DNA from: a bacterium
GTDB lineage: Bacteria > Electryoneota > Electryoneia > Electryoneales > Electryoneaceae
Direction: 5' to 3'
DNA length: 64,000 bases
NCBI GenBank assembly: GCA_963675295.2
Contig: CAXXKJ010000002.1
Span: forward strand, 320,001 to 384,000
In this document: positions 30,608-40,581 of the stretch, in pieces
Position numbering within the stretch: position 1 is the stretch's first letter
How the letters are laid out: the number at the start of each line of letters is the position of its first letter
Translations under genes and position numbers: made by a program
Notes under the pieces: model-generated
What the model was told of the DNA's origin: nothing
The model's input: only the letters and a program-made list of their open reading frames with translations
Databases searched by the model: none

Positions 30608-31377
30608 AACGCATCGTTGTCATTACCGGCATCTCGGGAACGTTGGGTTCGGCGTTGGGACGAGAGTACATCCGGCGCGGCTGGCACGTTATTGGCGTAA
30701 GCAGGCAAAGTGAGCTATCTGGCGATTATTTCAATGAGTTGTGTACGAATGCGCAACAGAGCGCGGAAGATGCTCAAGCGCTGCTCAAACACAATCCAGA
30801 TCTAATTATTATAAATGCTGGGCAAATTGAAACAGAAATCGGTGAAATGGGTGTTCCGCTCACGAGTGTTACAGAATCGATCACTCGTGTGAACTACACG
30901 TTCCCCGCTGTCCTCTCGTTGGAGGCGGCGCAACTGGAACGAAATCGGCCGCTGGACATCATAGCGATAGGGTCGATTGCCGATGGCAGCCCGTCCTGTT
31001 TCGGGCCGGTGTACCACGCGTCCAAGATCGCGCTGCACTATTTCATCAGCGGGGTCGGGCCGATTGTACACAACGCCAACCGGAACATTCGTTTGCGGTT
31101 GTATCGGCCCGGGGCGATCAAGGGGCCTCTCAGTTGGGCTCCGGTGAATCGCCTGAACGAGAAGGGATACAAGATCCGTGCAAAACGTTGTGACGCCGCC
31201 CCGGAAGGGCATGTTGTCGCCCGCACCATCGCACGGTGGATTGATGGCAATGAGTGGGTTGGAACCTACGAAGAGCCATTTAGTTTCAAGATTTTCAAGT
31301 GGCTGTTTGCATTGGCGCCGAACCTGTTCTATAAATTACAGCTTCTCGGATGGCGCAAGGGAAGCAAGTTCGTCTGA
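30604..31377 (+). CDS. Short-chain dehydrogenase/reductase
   Basis: TGISGTLG, INAG, GS, YHASK and RPG motifs; overlaps the GMC stop codon. Confidence 0.85.
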   Translation: MKRIVVITGISGTLGSALGREYIRRGWHVIGVSRQSELSGDYFNELCTNAQQSAEDAQALLKHNPDLIIINAGQIETEIGEMGVPLTSVTESITRVNYTFPAVLSLEAAQLERNRPLDIIAIGSIADGSPSCFGPVYHASKIALHYFISGVGPIVHNANRNIRLRLYRPGAIKGPLSWAPVNRLNEKGYKIRAKRCDAAPEGHVVARTIARWIDGNEWVGTYEEPFSFKIFKWLFALAPNLFYKLQLLGWRKGSKFV

Positions 31378-31378
31378 G

Positions 31379-32545
31379 ATGACGGACGTTGAGTTGAATT
31401 CAGTTGGATCCGCGATGTTTGCTGAGAAAAGTTTAACGTGGAAACGGATGGAGCAGTCGTACGCCGACGCGCTGAAGGTGCCTTTTGACATCACGCGCGA
31501 CCGCTACGTCATCTTCAGCGATCTCCATCTCGCCGACCGCGTTCATGGCATCGATGATTTCGCCCGCAACGAGATGATCTACTGCCATGCCCTGCAGTCC
31601 TACTACGATCAGGATTTCCACCTCGTGTTGAACGGGGACGTGGAGGAAGGCTGGGAAGCCCGCCCGCGCAAGATCCGCCAGGCGTACCGCGACACGGTAT
31701 ACGCGATGGAACGCAAGTTCGCAGACCGTGGCGAACCGTGGCACGTCCGCATTTACGGCAACCACGACAACATCTGGTCCAACCCGGAAAAGGTTCGGAA
31801 GCACTTGTGGCCGGAACTGGGCGAGGTCAAAGTGTATCCGGGCCTGCGTCTCGGTGAGAATATCTTCATCGCGCACGGTCACCAGGGCGAACTGATTTCC
31901 GACTCCGGCGCATGGATCAGCTCCCAGGCGATCCGTTTCGGCTGGCGCTGGTTTCAGCGGCTGACGCGGCTGACGTCGGCCCGTGCTGCGACCAACCACC
32001 TGATCCGGAATGAACGTGCGCAGAAGCTGTACGATTGGGCCAGCGGCACCGGCAAGTTGTTGATCGCCGGTCACACGCATAAAAGCATGTTCGGCTATCT
32101 GCCGGAACACAACAGCATGATCAACCACCTCAAGCGGCTCGAGTCCAATCTTCATGTGAATCCGAACCCGTTCCAGGCCCAGGCGACCATCGAACACCTG
32201 AAGAAAGCCGTTTCCAAGGGCAAACGCCGCCGTCACAGCGGTGCCGACCGGCTGCCGTGCTACTTCAACAGTGGTAGTTGTGTGCACACGAACGGCATCA
32301 CCGCGATCGAAATCGACCGTGGCGAAATCCGGCTGGTGCGATGGCGTCTCGTCGAAACTTCGGCGGAGAGCGACGCGTTGGGCGATGAGGACGGCCTCTT
32401 GTTCACCATCAAGCCGCGAGTGTTGCAGCGTGCGAATCTGGCGGAAGTGATCGCGCAGATCAAGCTCGGTTCGGGCCGGTCGACGGTGCAGGGTTCGGAA
32501 GGCGGGAAAGAGAAGGACGCGGAAGACGTCAGCGCCGCCGCTTGA
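31379..32545 (+). CDS. Calcineurin-like metallophosphoesterase
   Basis: SDLH, NGDVEE, GNHD, HGH, GHTH and YFNSG motifs. Confidence 0.85.
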   Translation: MTDVELNSVGSAMFAEKSLTWKRMEQSYADALKVPFDITRDRYVIFSDLHLADRVHGIDDFARNEMIYCHALQSYYDQDFHLVLNGDVEEGWEARPRKIRQAYRDTVYAMERKFADRGEPWHVRIYGNHDNIWSNPEKVRKHLWPELGEVKVYPGLRLGENIFIAHGHQGELISDSGAWISSQAIRFGWRWFQRLTRLTSARAATNHLIRNERAQKLYDWASGTGKLLIAGHTHKSMFGYLPEHNSMINHLKRLESNLHVNPNPFQAQATIEHLKKAVSKGKRRRHSGADRLPCYFNSGSCVHTNGITAIEIDRGEIRLVRWRLVETSAESDALGDEDGLLFTIKPRVLQRANLAEVIAQIKLGSGRSTVQGSEGGKEKDAEDVSAAA

Positions 32546-32694
32546 CATGCCCGCGGCGTTCAACATATCCACGATGTTTTGCAACTCTCGCAATGTTTAA
32601 AACACTCGGGCGCTTATAACTCTCACGGCGTTGTGAACACCCAAGTCTTATAGACACCCACGACATTCAGATCGTGGTTCATGACATCAGATTC

Positions 32695-32730
32695 AACGGG
32701 AACTCGTCACACGGCGGATTCCCGTTTTTT
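32695..32730 (+). terminator. Probable intrinsic terminator
   Basis: aacgggaa...ttcccgtttttt. Confidence 0.5.
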
Positions 32731-32820
32731 CTAGTCCTGGCAACAAATTAAATAGGGACAGACCCATATAAAATGAGTGAATTTTCACAAGAAATAGACG
32801 GCGGTACTCAGTTTCGGACC

Positions 32821-33007
32821 GCTGTCCCATTGAGCGATTTGTGAATCGGCTACAGGTGTTGTGGCTGTTGGGTTTGAGGGGTGATGATTCTGAAATCGAT
32901 TTGAACCGACGTAACTACACAGCTGTCCCAATGAGCGAGTTGTAGATCGGCTGCAGGCATTGTGGTTGTTAGGTTTGAGGGGTGTTGATTCTGAAATCGA
33001 TTTGAAC
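32821..33007. repeat. Tandem 86-bp direct repeat (76/86 identical) with a 15-bp spacer
   Basis: 32821-32906 and 32922-33007, both gctgtccca.tgagcga...ctgaaatcgatttgaac. Confidence 0.9.
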
Positions 33008-33079
33008 TGGGAGAGTGTCTGTTAAACCCGTCGGCTCCGACGGTAAAAGTGCTGGTCAAGCTACGCGCGACTGAAATCG

Positions 33080-33112
33080 TGCCCCTGATGGCTCCGCCAG
33101 CAGGGCTTATCC
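33080..33112 (+). repeat. TGCCC-headed REP-like hairpin
   Basis: tgcccctgatggctccgccagcagggcttatcc, same core as 28808, 54481 and 58724. Confidence 0.85.
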
Positions 33113-33114
33113 AT

Positions 33115-34164
33115 CTAGTCCAGTGATCCACTCTTCGCCAACCGCGCCGCATCCCGTTCCGCCTTGGCGATCGCGAAGCTGGAGATCCCCATCGCCACCA
33201 GGATCAGCGCGGCGCCGAACAGTGACCGTGCAGACCACGGATCCCCGATCAGCATCCACGCGAACAGTGACGCGAACACCGGTTCCAGCGAGAACACGAA
33301 TCCGGCGTGCGCAGCCGGAACGTCGGGTTGAAACCGCGTTTGCAGCCACACCGCGATCACCGACCCGAAAATCGCCGTATAGGCCACCCCAATCCAGCCG
33401 GTGCGTGTCATTTCGAACGGTTGTCCATGAACCAGGGTCCACACAATCGCCAGCACCGCCACAGCGCCCACCTGCGCCAGGGTCAACGCTCGCGATTCCT
33501 TGTCCGAACGCGACAGCGCTTCCAGGATCACCATCTGCAACGCGAAAACCAGTGCGCAGCCCAGCGTCAGCCAGTCACCGATGTTCATCCCGCCGGTGTC
33601 CGGATCGGCGATCAACGTAATCCCGGCGGCGGCGGGGAGCAGGGCGAACCACGCGGTTCGGGGTGTGTGGCTGGTCCGCAGCAGCAACGCCAGCGGTGGT
33701 GTCAGCACCACCAGCAGTCCGGTGAAGAACCCGGACCGTGATGCGGTCGTGTGTTCCAGCCCCAGCACCTGCAACGCGAACCCGGCGAACAGCAGCCCGC
33801 CGATCAGCGCACCGCGTACCCAGATACTGCGCAGGATACCGTTCCGCAGCTTGACCCACACCGGCGACATGCCGGCTTCGGTCATCGCGGCGTAGCTGTC
33901 ATCATCGTCACCGGCTTTGGGCCGGATGTGTCCACGAAACCGCAGCAGCAGGAACAGGTAGAGGAGGGGAAACGCCGTCCCGAAGCGGAGGGCGACAAAC
34001 TGGATCGGATCGGTGTCCACAACCGACAGCTTAGTGACCGGAAAGGTGAGCCCCCAGATCGCGGTCAGCACGATCAGCATCACGGTGGCACGAAGACGAC
34101 GGCCCCGGTGTGGATCGTGCACCGGGGCCGGAAAATCGCGCGTCTCTGAACCGGTCAGGCCCAT
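33115..34164 (-). CDS. DMT/EamA family transporter
   Basis: IWGLTF, ALRF, Q.LGL..TTAS.SGF.T and LEPVFA motifs; about 10 TM segments. Confidence 0.9.
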   Translation of the reverse strand: MGLTGSETRDFPAPVHDPHRGRRLRATVMLIVLTAIWGLTFPVTKLSVVDTDPIQFVALRFGTAFPLLYLFLLLRFRGHIRPKAGDDDDSYAAMTEAGMSPVWVKLRNGILRSIWVRGALIGGLLFAGFALQVLGLEHTTASRSGFFTGLLVVLTPPLALLLRTSHTPRTAWFALLPAAAGITLIADPDTGGMNIGDWLTLGCALVFALQMVILEALSRSDKESRALTLAQVGAVAVLAIVWTLVHGQPFEMTRTGWIGVAYTAIFGSVIAVWLQTRFQPDVPAAHAGFVFSLEPVFASLFAWMLIGDPWSARSLFGAALILVAMGISSFAIAKAERDAARLAKSGSLD

Positions 34165-35678
34165 CGTTGCAGCGCCTCAAGCAGCAGCCGGACCGCAACG
34201 CCGGTCCCGAGTTCCTTGTGCGGTGTGTAGCTGAACGGTCCGTCGGTCGCCGTTCCCGCGATGTCGAGGTGCGTCCACGGTGTGTCGCCCACAAACTCCT
34301 CGAGGAACTTGCCCGCGGTGATCGTGCCGGCGGGACGGCCGCCCGTATTCTTCAGGTCGGCGATCTCGCTTTTGATCTGCTGGCGGTAATCGTTGTACAT
34401 CGGCAGCCGCCAGATGCGTTCACCGGTCGCTTCACCCGCCTCGAACAGCAGGTTATACAGGTCGTCGTTGTTGCTCATCGCGCCGGTGACCCAGTGGCCG
34501 AGGCCGATAACCACCGCACCGGTCAACGTCGCCAGGTCAACCATCGCGTCCGGCTTGACCTTGTCCACGGCGTACGCCAGCGCATCCGCCAACGCCAGCC
34601 GCCCTTCCGCGTCGGTGTTGTCGATCTCGATGGTTTTCTTGTTGTACGCGGTCAGCACGTCGCCCGGATGATACGCCGCGCCGTCGGTCATATTCTCGAC
34701 CGCCGGGATGAACCCGTGCACACGGCACTTCGGCTGCAGCCGGTCGAGCGCCTTGAAAACGCCCATCACCGTCGCCGAACCACCCATGTCGACCTTCATG
34801 TCGCGCATGCCGCCAGCGGTCTTGATGTCAAGGCCGCCGGAATCGAACGTTACGCCTTTGCCGACAATCGCGAACGTTTTGGTCTTCTTCGACGGGCGCT
34901 TCGGTTCGTATGTCAGATGAATCAGCACCGGCGGGTGCGCACTGCCCTGGCCGACGGCCAGCAACGCGCCCATCTTCAACGCCTTCAGCTTCTTCTGGTC
35001 GAGGACTTCCACCTTGACCGTGCCACCGGCGAGCTCTTTCGCAACCTTGCCGTAATCTTCCGGGTACAGGTCGCCGGCCGGTGTCGTCACCAGGTCGCGC
35101 GCATAGGTCACCGCGTCAATCGTGATTGACGCATACTTCGCGGCGGCGTTCAGCACTTTCTTGTCGATGTTGCCGCCGCCGATGACGTGCAGACTGTCCA
35201 GCGTCGGGTAACGGTCAAGGTCCATCGAGCGGCGCACATACCGGTAGGTCGCCAGCGCGGTGCCTTCCAAGGCGGCAATGGTGTGCTGTTTCTGTGTATC
35301 AGCATCGAAACCGGTGACCGGCGGCAGCACAGTGATTTCGTTCAGCCGTGCATTCCGCACACGCCTGCCCGCCGTGCCAAAGCAACGCCGTACGTGTTCC
35401 GCGACGATGGTTTCCCGCTTGCCGAGGCCGACGATCATCATGAATCGCGGACCGTCCGAGGTGCCACCATACAGTTCCAGCACCTGGTTCTTCTTGCCAG
35501 AGAAATCACCGCTGGCGATCGCGCGTTCAATGCGGTTTGCGAGGGACGCGTCCAGCCGGCCGAGTCCACCCTCGGAGGGCTTTTCTCCCTCGAAAAGACC
35601 AGCGATGAATACCTGTGTTGTTACTTCCTGTGGCGAGCGATCCTCTACGTGGATAGTCACGGGAAATTCCTTCTTCAA
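34155..35678 (-). CDS. pepA: Leucyl aminopeptidase (M17)
   Basis: GKGVTFDSGG, MKVDMGG, NTDAEGRL, DLATLTGA and HLDIAG motifs. Confidence 0.96.
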   Translation of the reverse strand: MKKEFPVTIHVEDRSPQEVTTQVFIAGLFEGEKPSEGGLGRLDASLANRIERAIASGDFSGKKNQVLELYGGTSDGPRFMMIVGLGKRETIVAEHVRRCFGTAGRRVRNARLNEITVLPPVTGFDADTQKQHTIAALEGTALATYRYVRRSMDLDRYPTLDSLHVIGGGNIDKKVLNAAAKYASITIDAVTYARDLVTTPAGDLYPEDYGKVAKELAGGTVKVEVLDQKKLKALKMGALLAVGQGSAHPPVLIHLTYEPKRPSKKTKTFAIVGKGVTFDSGGLDIKTAGGMRDMKVDMGGSATVMGVFKALDRLQPKCRVHGFIPAVENMTDGAAYHPGDVLTAYNKKTIEIDNTDAEGRLALADALAYAVDKVKPDAMVDLATLTGAVVIGLGHWVTGAMSNNDDLYNLLFEAGEATGERIWRLPMYNDYRQQIKSEIADLKNTGGRPAGTITAGKFLEEFVGDTPWTHLDIAGTATDGPFSYTPHKELGTGVAVRLLLEALQRWA

Positions 35679-36037
35679 TCCTTGGCGGCAGTTTTAGGCC
35701 GGTTGTTATCGTCCAGGACCACGACAACCGGTTCGTGACCCTCAATCTCTTCAGGGAACAGGTCGCAATATGTGGCAACGATGACCTGGTCTCCGACCGA
35801 CGCAAGGTGCGCGGCGGCACCGTTCACGCCGATGATGCCCGATCCTGGTTCGCCTACGATGATGTACGTCGTAAACCGTTGACCGTTGGTGATATTGTAA
35901 ACATCAACCTGCTCGTTCGGCAACATGTCCGTAAGTTCCAGCAGATTGCGGTCTACGGTAAGGCTGCCCTTGTAGTGCAGGTCGGTTTGCGTGACACGAG
36001 CCTGGTGCAGTTTGGCTTTGAGGAAACGACGGAGCAT
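35675..36037 (-). CDS. panD: Aspartate 1-decarboxylase
   Basis: KAKLH, Y.GS.TVD, NGQRFTTY and NGAAA motifs. Confidence 0.96.
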   Translation of the reverse strand: MLRRFLKAKLHQARVTQTDLHYKGSLTVDRNLLELTDMLPNEQVDVYNITNGQRFTTYIIVGEPGSGIIGVNGAAAHLASVGDQVIVATYCDLFPEEIEGHEPVVVVLDDNNRPKTAAKD

Positions 36038-36185
36038 GCTGGCCTTCTCTGTAAAACGGCTAAACGAATCCAATGTAGCCGCGAATCGTCAAAGCTAGGA
36101 GTTTGGCGGGGGGTCTACAAGGGTGAAAGGAGACGGTTTCTTCGAGCTGAATTTCTTTGGATCTTTTAGTTATTTCACTAGTTGT

Positions 36186-38417
36186 CTAGAAAAAGTAACC
36201 GACATTCACAGCAAACAGAAAAGAATCGCCACTGCTGGTTGCGGCAAGGATTTCAACCGGGCCAACCGGTGTCGGCGCACCGGCGAACAGGCCAACGCCC
36301 CAATCGTACCGATCCCACTCCAGCGTTGTGTTCCAATCGTTCAGGAACGTGTTGCCGAGATCAAATCGCGCGGTCAGAAAACGATTGGTCCACGGTTCCA
36401 CCATCACGCCGGCCTCCACAATCTGCATGTGTTTGCCGATCAGGTACTCGTGGGGCATGCCGAAAAATTGCCAGTAGCTCATCTCGGTATCATACCGCGG
36501 CAACGGCAGGTCACGCTGCGAAAACCGGAAGAAGCCACGCCGGATCAACGTGATCCGCTCATGAATCGCTGTTCGCCAATCGAAGCTCGCCGAATAAACG
36601 CTGAAATAGCTGTCCCAGTGTACTGGGTGGTTGGCGTATTCTGCTTCGGCTTTCAGGCGTAGCCCCTGCTTGGCGAAATAGCTGTCGTCAAACGTGTCGA
36701 TCTGAACCTGCCCGTACGCCGACCCATACACAAGACTCCTGTCCAGCGATCCCGGCCTGTCGAATTTGTCCTTGTAAAACAGCTGGTCGAACCGTACACC
36801 GGCGCCAACCACTGCCATCGTCGAGAACAATGATCCGAAGAACATATCGCCGCGCACGATGCTCGCCTCAACCGTCGTCGCCTGACCCAGAATGGATGGT
36901 GGCAGCGCCTGTTCATCGCGGGAATACAGGCCGGAGACCCGGAAACCGAGCCGGCTGTTCAGGTTCATGTGGCCGAAATAGGACGCCGTGACCGAACTCT
37001 CAGTCCCCAGCCTTACATCCAATGTCAGCATCGTCGCGTTCAGCAACGGATTCCGCAGCGTCACATTCGTCAGCAACGCCGATTCTTCCGCCGTATCGTA
37101 CCGGAAACCGAACCGCAGCAAGTTGACATCCTTTTCCGTCACAAACAGCTGCAACACGCTGCTGTTCCCGTGCGGCTGAAGTTCGTAGGTCACCTGCTCG
37201 AAAAATCGCGTGCTGTACACCCTTTCCACCGCTTCGTGCAATTCCGCCAGCGCCACCCAGCCGGGAACCTGCAGGTCCGCTTCGTCCAGTACGAACGCGC
37301 GTGTCACATCCTTAAGTCCCAGCACCGACACGCTCTCAACGTACACCGAATCCGGCGCCACCGGGCGCGGTGGAATGTCGCGTCCCGACCGGCTGTACAG
37401 CGAATCGGCAACTGCACGCAACCGTGGCAGATAAGCCCGCGCCTGCTCCTCCCCGGTCGCGATCAACTCGGCGGCGGCAAGGAAATCCGCGGAGGTGTAG
37501 CCGGTCAGATCCGGACGGATAACAAGGTTTGCAAGACCAACCTGCAGTTTGTTTTCGTCCTGCATCCCGATCGCGATCGACTGGTCGAGGATCGTCAGCA
37601 CGTTGTTCAGTTGGTTCGCTTCCTTCAACGGGTTGCCGACGTCCACAGCGATCACGTAATCCGCGCCCAGATCCCAACAATCCTGCACCGGCAGGTTGCG
37701 CGCCAGCATGCCATCCACCAGCAGGGTGGAATCCAGCTGAACCGGTGTGAACACGCTCGGAATCGCCATGCTCGCCCGCAACGCCCGCGACAGGCTGCCG
37801 CCACGCAGCACCACCGCCTGCCCCGTTTCGAGGTCGGTCGCAACACAAGCGAATTTGCGGTACAGATCATTGAACGACGCAGTCCCATGAACGGAAAGCG
37901 TCAGGCTGTCCAGCAGGCTCGAGATCCGTTGCCCCGCGACCAGCCCGGAGGGCAGCCCGATGCCCTCGGCACGTAACGGCAGGCTGAACACATAGCGGTC
38001 GAAGAAGGATTTCTGCACCATCGAGACATGCCGGCGGGACGGGCGGTCGTTAAACATCCGCATCCAGTCCGTCGACAATGCCATTTGTTCCAGTTCGTCG
38101 GCTGTGTAGCCAATCGCATACAGTCCACCGAGCACCGCGCCCATGCTGGTGCCGGTGATAATGTCCGCGTGAATCCCGGCTTCCTCGATCACCTTCAACA
38201 CACCGATCTCGGCGAACCCACGTGCTCCTCCGCCAGACAGCACCACGCCTACTTTCGGCAACTCCGGCCCCATCGGATCGCCGCTGAGGTACGATACCCG
38301 CGCGCTGCCGCAGGAGGAGTCCGCCTCCTGTGCGTAAACAAGGGTTACAGCTGGAACGATGAAGGCGGCCAGGAATAGCCAGACGGCGAGGGTGATGACG
38401 TGCTGTTGCGAGCGCAT
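36186..38417 (-). CDS. Patatin-like phospholipase with POTRA and beta-barrel domains (PlpD, type Vd)
   Basis: SGGGARG, GTSMG and DG motifs; POTRA-like segment; C-terminal VNVGYFF barrel signal. Confidence 0.88.
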   Translation of the reverse strand: MRSQQHVITLAVWLFLAAFIVPAVTLVYAQEADSSCGSARVSYLSGDPMGPELPKVGVVLSGGGARGFAEIGVLKVIEEAGIHADIITGTSMGAVLGGLYAIGYTADELEQMALSTDWMRMFNDRPSRRHVSMVQKSFFDRYVFSLPLRAEGIGLPSGLVAGQRISSLLDSLTLSVHGTASFNDLYRKFACVATDLETGQAVVLRGGSLSRALRASMAIPSVFTPVQLDSTLLVDGMLARNLPVQDCWDLGADYVIAVDVGNPLKEANQLNNVLTILDQSIAIGMQDENKLQVGLANLVIRPDLTGYTSADFLAAAELIATGEEQARAYLPRLRAVADSLYSRSGRDIPPRPVAPDSVYVESVSVLGLKDVTRAFVLDEADLQVPGWVALAELHEAVERVYSTRFFEQVTYELQPHGNSSVLQLFVTEKDVNLLRFGFRYDTAEESALLTNVTLRNPLLNATMLTLDVRLGTESSVTASYFGHMNLNSRLGFRVSGLYSRDEQALPPSILGQATTVEASIVRGDMFFGSLFSTMAVVGAGVRFDQLFYKDKFDRPGSLDRSLVYGSAYGQVQIDTFDDSYFAKQGLRLKAEAEYANHPVHWDSYFSVYSASFDWRTAIHERITLIRRGFFRFSQRDLPLPRYDTEMSYWQFFGMPHEYLIGKHMQIVEAGVMVEPWTNRFLTARFDLGNTFLNDWNTTLEWDRYDWGVGLFAGAPTPVGPVEILAATSSGDSFLFAVNVGYFF

Positions 38418-38602
38418 GGTATCCGTCAGCGTGGTTCGACAGTAGCCGGGGTGCGTCTGGTATCGAAAGGTACAGGAAAAGCGTCATCCAGTGCTTGCTG
38501 AAATCCTGACTTGTTCCGCTTGAGTATACTTCTCTCTCCGGTTAACCATCATGGGAAACACTCCACCTAATCCAAGAATAAACAACATACTTAACCATAA
38601 AC

Positions 38603-38632
38603 AAAACCCCCGACACAACCGTGCCGGGGGGG
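38603..38632 (-). terminator. Probable intrinsic terminator of glyQS
   Basis: On the minus strand ccccggcacggttgtgtcgggg followed by ttttgttt. Confidence 0.55.
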
Positions 38633-38659
38633 ATATTTTCGAGTCCATAGTGCAACCCA

Positions 38660-40078
38660 TCACCCACGCAACCGCGCGCTCAACACGTTCGCCACCTGGT
38701 CCAGTTTCGGACGTTCCGGCTGATCCAGCGTATCGCGGTCACGAATAGTCACCGTCTGATCTTCCAGCGTCTGGTGGTCGATGGTAATGCAGAACGGTGT
38801 CCCCGCCTCATCCTGCCGCCGGTAGCGTCGTCCGATGTTCCCGGCTTCGTCGTAGAACACGTCGAAGTCTAGCTTCAGATCCTCGTGTAGCTTCCGCGCG
38901 ATCTCCGGTAACCCGTCTTTCTTCGTCAACGGGAAGATCCCGGCTGTGATTGGCGCCAGTTTCGGATCGAGCCGCATCACGACACGGTCGTTCCCGTCCA
39001 CATCGTCTTCGTCGTATGCATCCAGCAGGATCGCGAGCAGGCCACGGTTCAGTCCGGCGGACGTTTCCACGATATACGGCAGGTACCGTTCGCGGGTCTG
39101 ATCGTCAAAGTATTCGAGGTCTTTCTGCTTGCCGGAATGTTCGGCGTGCCGCTTCAGGTCGTAATCGGTGCGGCTGTGAATGCCCTCGAACTCGTCCCAC
39201 CCGAACGGGAAATTGTACTCGATGTCGTACGCGTCGGACGCATAGTGCGCGAGCTCGTCCCCGGTGTGCTGATGGAATCGCAGATTCTCTTCCTTGATCC
39301 CGCAGACATCCCGCCAGAACGCCATCCGCTCGGTCTTCCAGAAATCCATCGTTTCGTTTTCCGTGCCCGGCGGGATGAAGTATTGCATCTCCATCTGTTC
39401 AAACTCACGGGTGCGGAAGATGAAATTACCCGGCGTGATTTCGTTACGGAAGGCTTTCCCGATCTGCGCGATCCCGAACGGCGGCTTCAGCCGTGCGGTG
39501 GTCTGCACCTGCGGGTAGTCCACGTAGATTCCCTGCGCGGTTTCCGGGCGCAGATACACCGCATCGCCCGAATCTTCCACCGGCCCGATGTGCGTCTTGA
39601 ACATCAGGTTGAACGAACGCGGGGGAGTGAGCGAACCTTTCGTGCCGCAGTTCGGGCACGGAATCAGCGCATACGACGGATGGTCGGCGTCCAGGTGCTG
39701 ATCGTTCTCTTTCAGCGGCTTTTCGTCAATGCCCTTGATCCCCGCGACGACACGGTCGACCAGTTCATCTTCCCGGAAGCGTGCCTTGCACTGCTTGCAG
39801 TCGACCAGCGGATCGGTGAAGCCGTCAACGTGACCGGAGGCGACCCACGTTTTCGGGTGATAGATGATCGCGGAGTCGATGCCGACGATGTTTTCGTGCT
39901 TCCGCACCATCTCCCGCCACCACAGGTCGGCGAGTTTGCGTTTCATTTCGATGCCGAGCGGGCCGTAATCGTAGCTCGAGCCGATGCCGCCGTAGATTTC
40001 GCTGGTCGGCATGACAAAGCCGCGCCGTTTCGCGAGCGCGGTGATCAGATCCATTTTGTTTTTTGGCTTCGCAGCCAT
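38660..40078 (-). CDS. glyQS: Glycine--tRNA ligase (alpha2 type)
   Basis: KRRGF..SEIYGG, YLRPETAQG, FRNEITP..FIFRTREFEQ, ELAHY and GRRYRRQDE motifs. Confidence 0.97.
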   Translation of the reverse strand: MAAKPKNKMDLITALAKRRGFVMPTSEIYGGIGSSYDYGPLGIEMKRKLADLWWREMVRKHENIVGIDSAIIYHPKTWVASGHVDGFTDPLVDCKQCKARFREDELVDRVVAGIKGIDEKPLKENDQHLDADHPSYALIPCPNCGTKGSLTPPRSFNLMFKTHIGPVEDSGDAVYLRPETAQGIYVDYPQVQTTARLKPPFGIAQIGKAFRNEITPGNFIFRTREFEQMEMQYFIPPGTENETMDFWKTERMAFWRDVCGIKEENLRFHQHTGDELAHYASDAYDIEYNFPFGWDEFEGIHSRTDYDLKRHAEHSGKQKDLEYFDDQTRERYLPYIVETSAGLNRGLLAILLDAYDEDDVDGNDRVVMRLDPKLAPITAGIFPLTKKDGLPEIARKLHEDLKLDFDVFYDEAGNIGRRYRRQDEAGTPFCITIDHQTLEDQTVTIRDRDTLDQPERPKLDQVANVLSARLRG

Positions 40079-40150
40079 GGGTATCCTCCGGGGATGATGT
40101 CGCTGTCGGAGCGGGAATATAGGTGAACATCAGGGTGGGTAAAAGATGTT

Positions 40151-40518
40151 TGCCCCGACGAGCTTGCTCGTCGGGATGAGGCAACAGGTGATACACCCCA
40201 TCAGTCATCCTGAGCGCAGCGAAGGATCTCTCTTTTAGGAGGGGTGGTGTGGCCCGACTTGCCACGTTAAATCGTGTATCACGAGGTCACGCCCACGACA
40301 TTCATGTCGTAGCTTATCAGGGGGTAATTTGCTAGCTCTTGCCCGTGATGGTATCGACCGGTGGTAGAACGATGCCCACAGAAGCTTCGCTACCGTGGAT
40401 TGTGCGGAAGCAAATCATTCTTGCCCGTGTTGGCTTTGACAACGCGGGTAATCCGTGGCTGATTCACCCTTGGTTGTGGTTTGTTTCATGCCCCAGACAT
40501 TCATGTCTGGGCTCATCC
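40151..40518 (+). repeat. Mosaic cluster of about 6 TGCCC-type hairpins plus one GTCATCCTGAGCGCAGCGAAGGATCT-type palindromic repeat
   Basis: Units at 40151, 40204, 40291, 40340, 40373, 40422 and 40489. Confidence 0.85.
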
Positions 40519-40581
40519 ACGCTTGGCCAGCAAGATCTTGCATTTTTTATCGCAGCCCGCAGCTGGCTACCGATCACGCGG

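Noticed and set aside
32821-33007. Possible CRISPR array
   Set aside because: Only two units, each 86 bp with a 15-bp spacer; no cas genes. Kept as an unexplained repeat instead.
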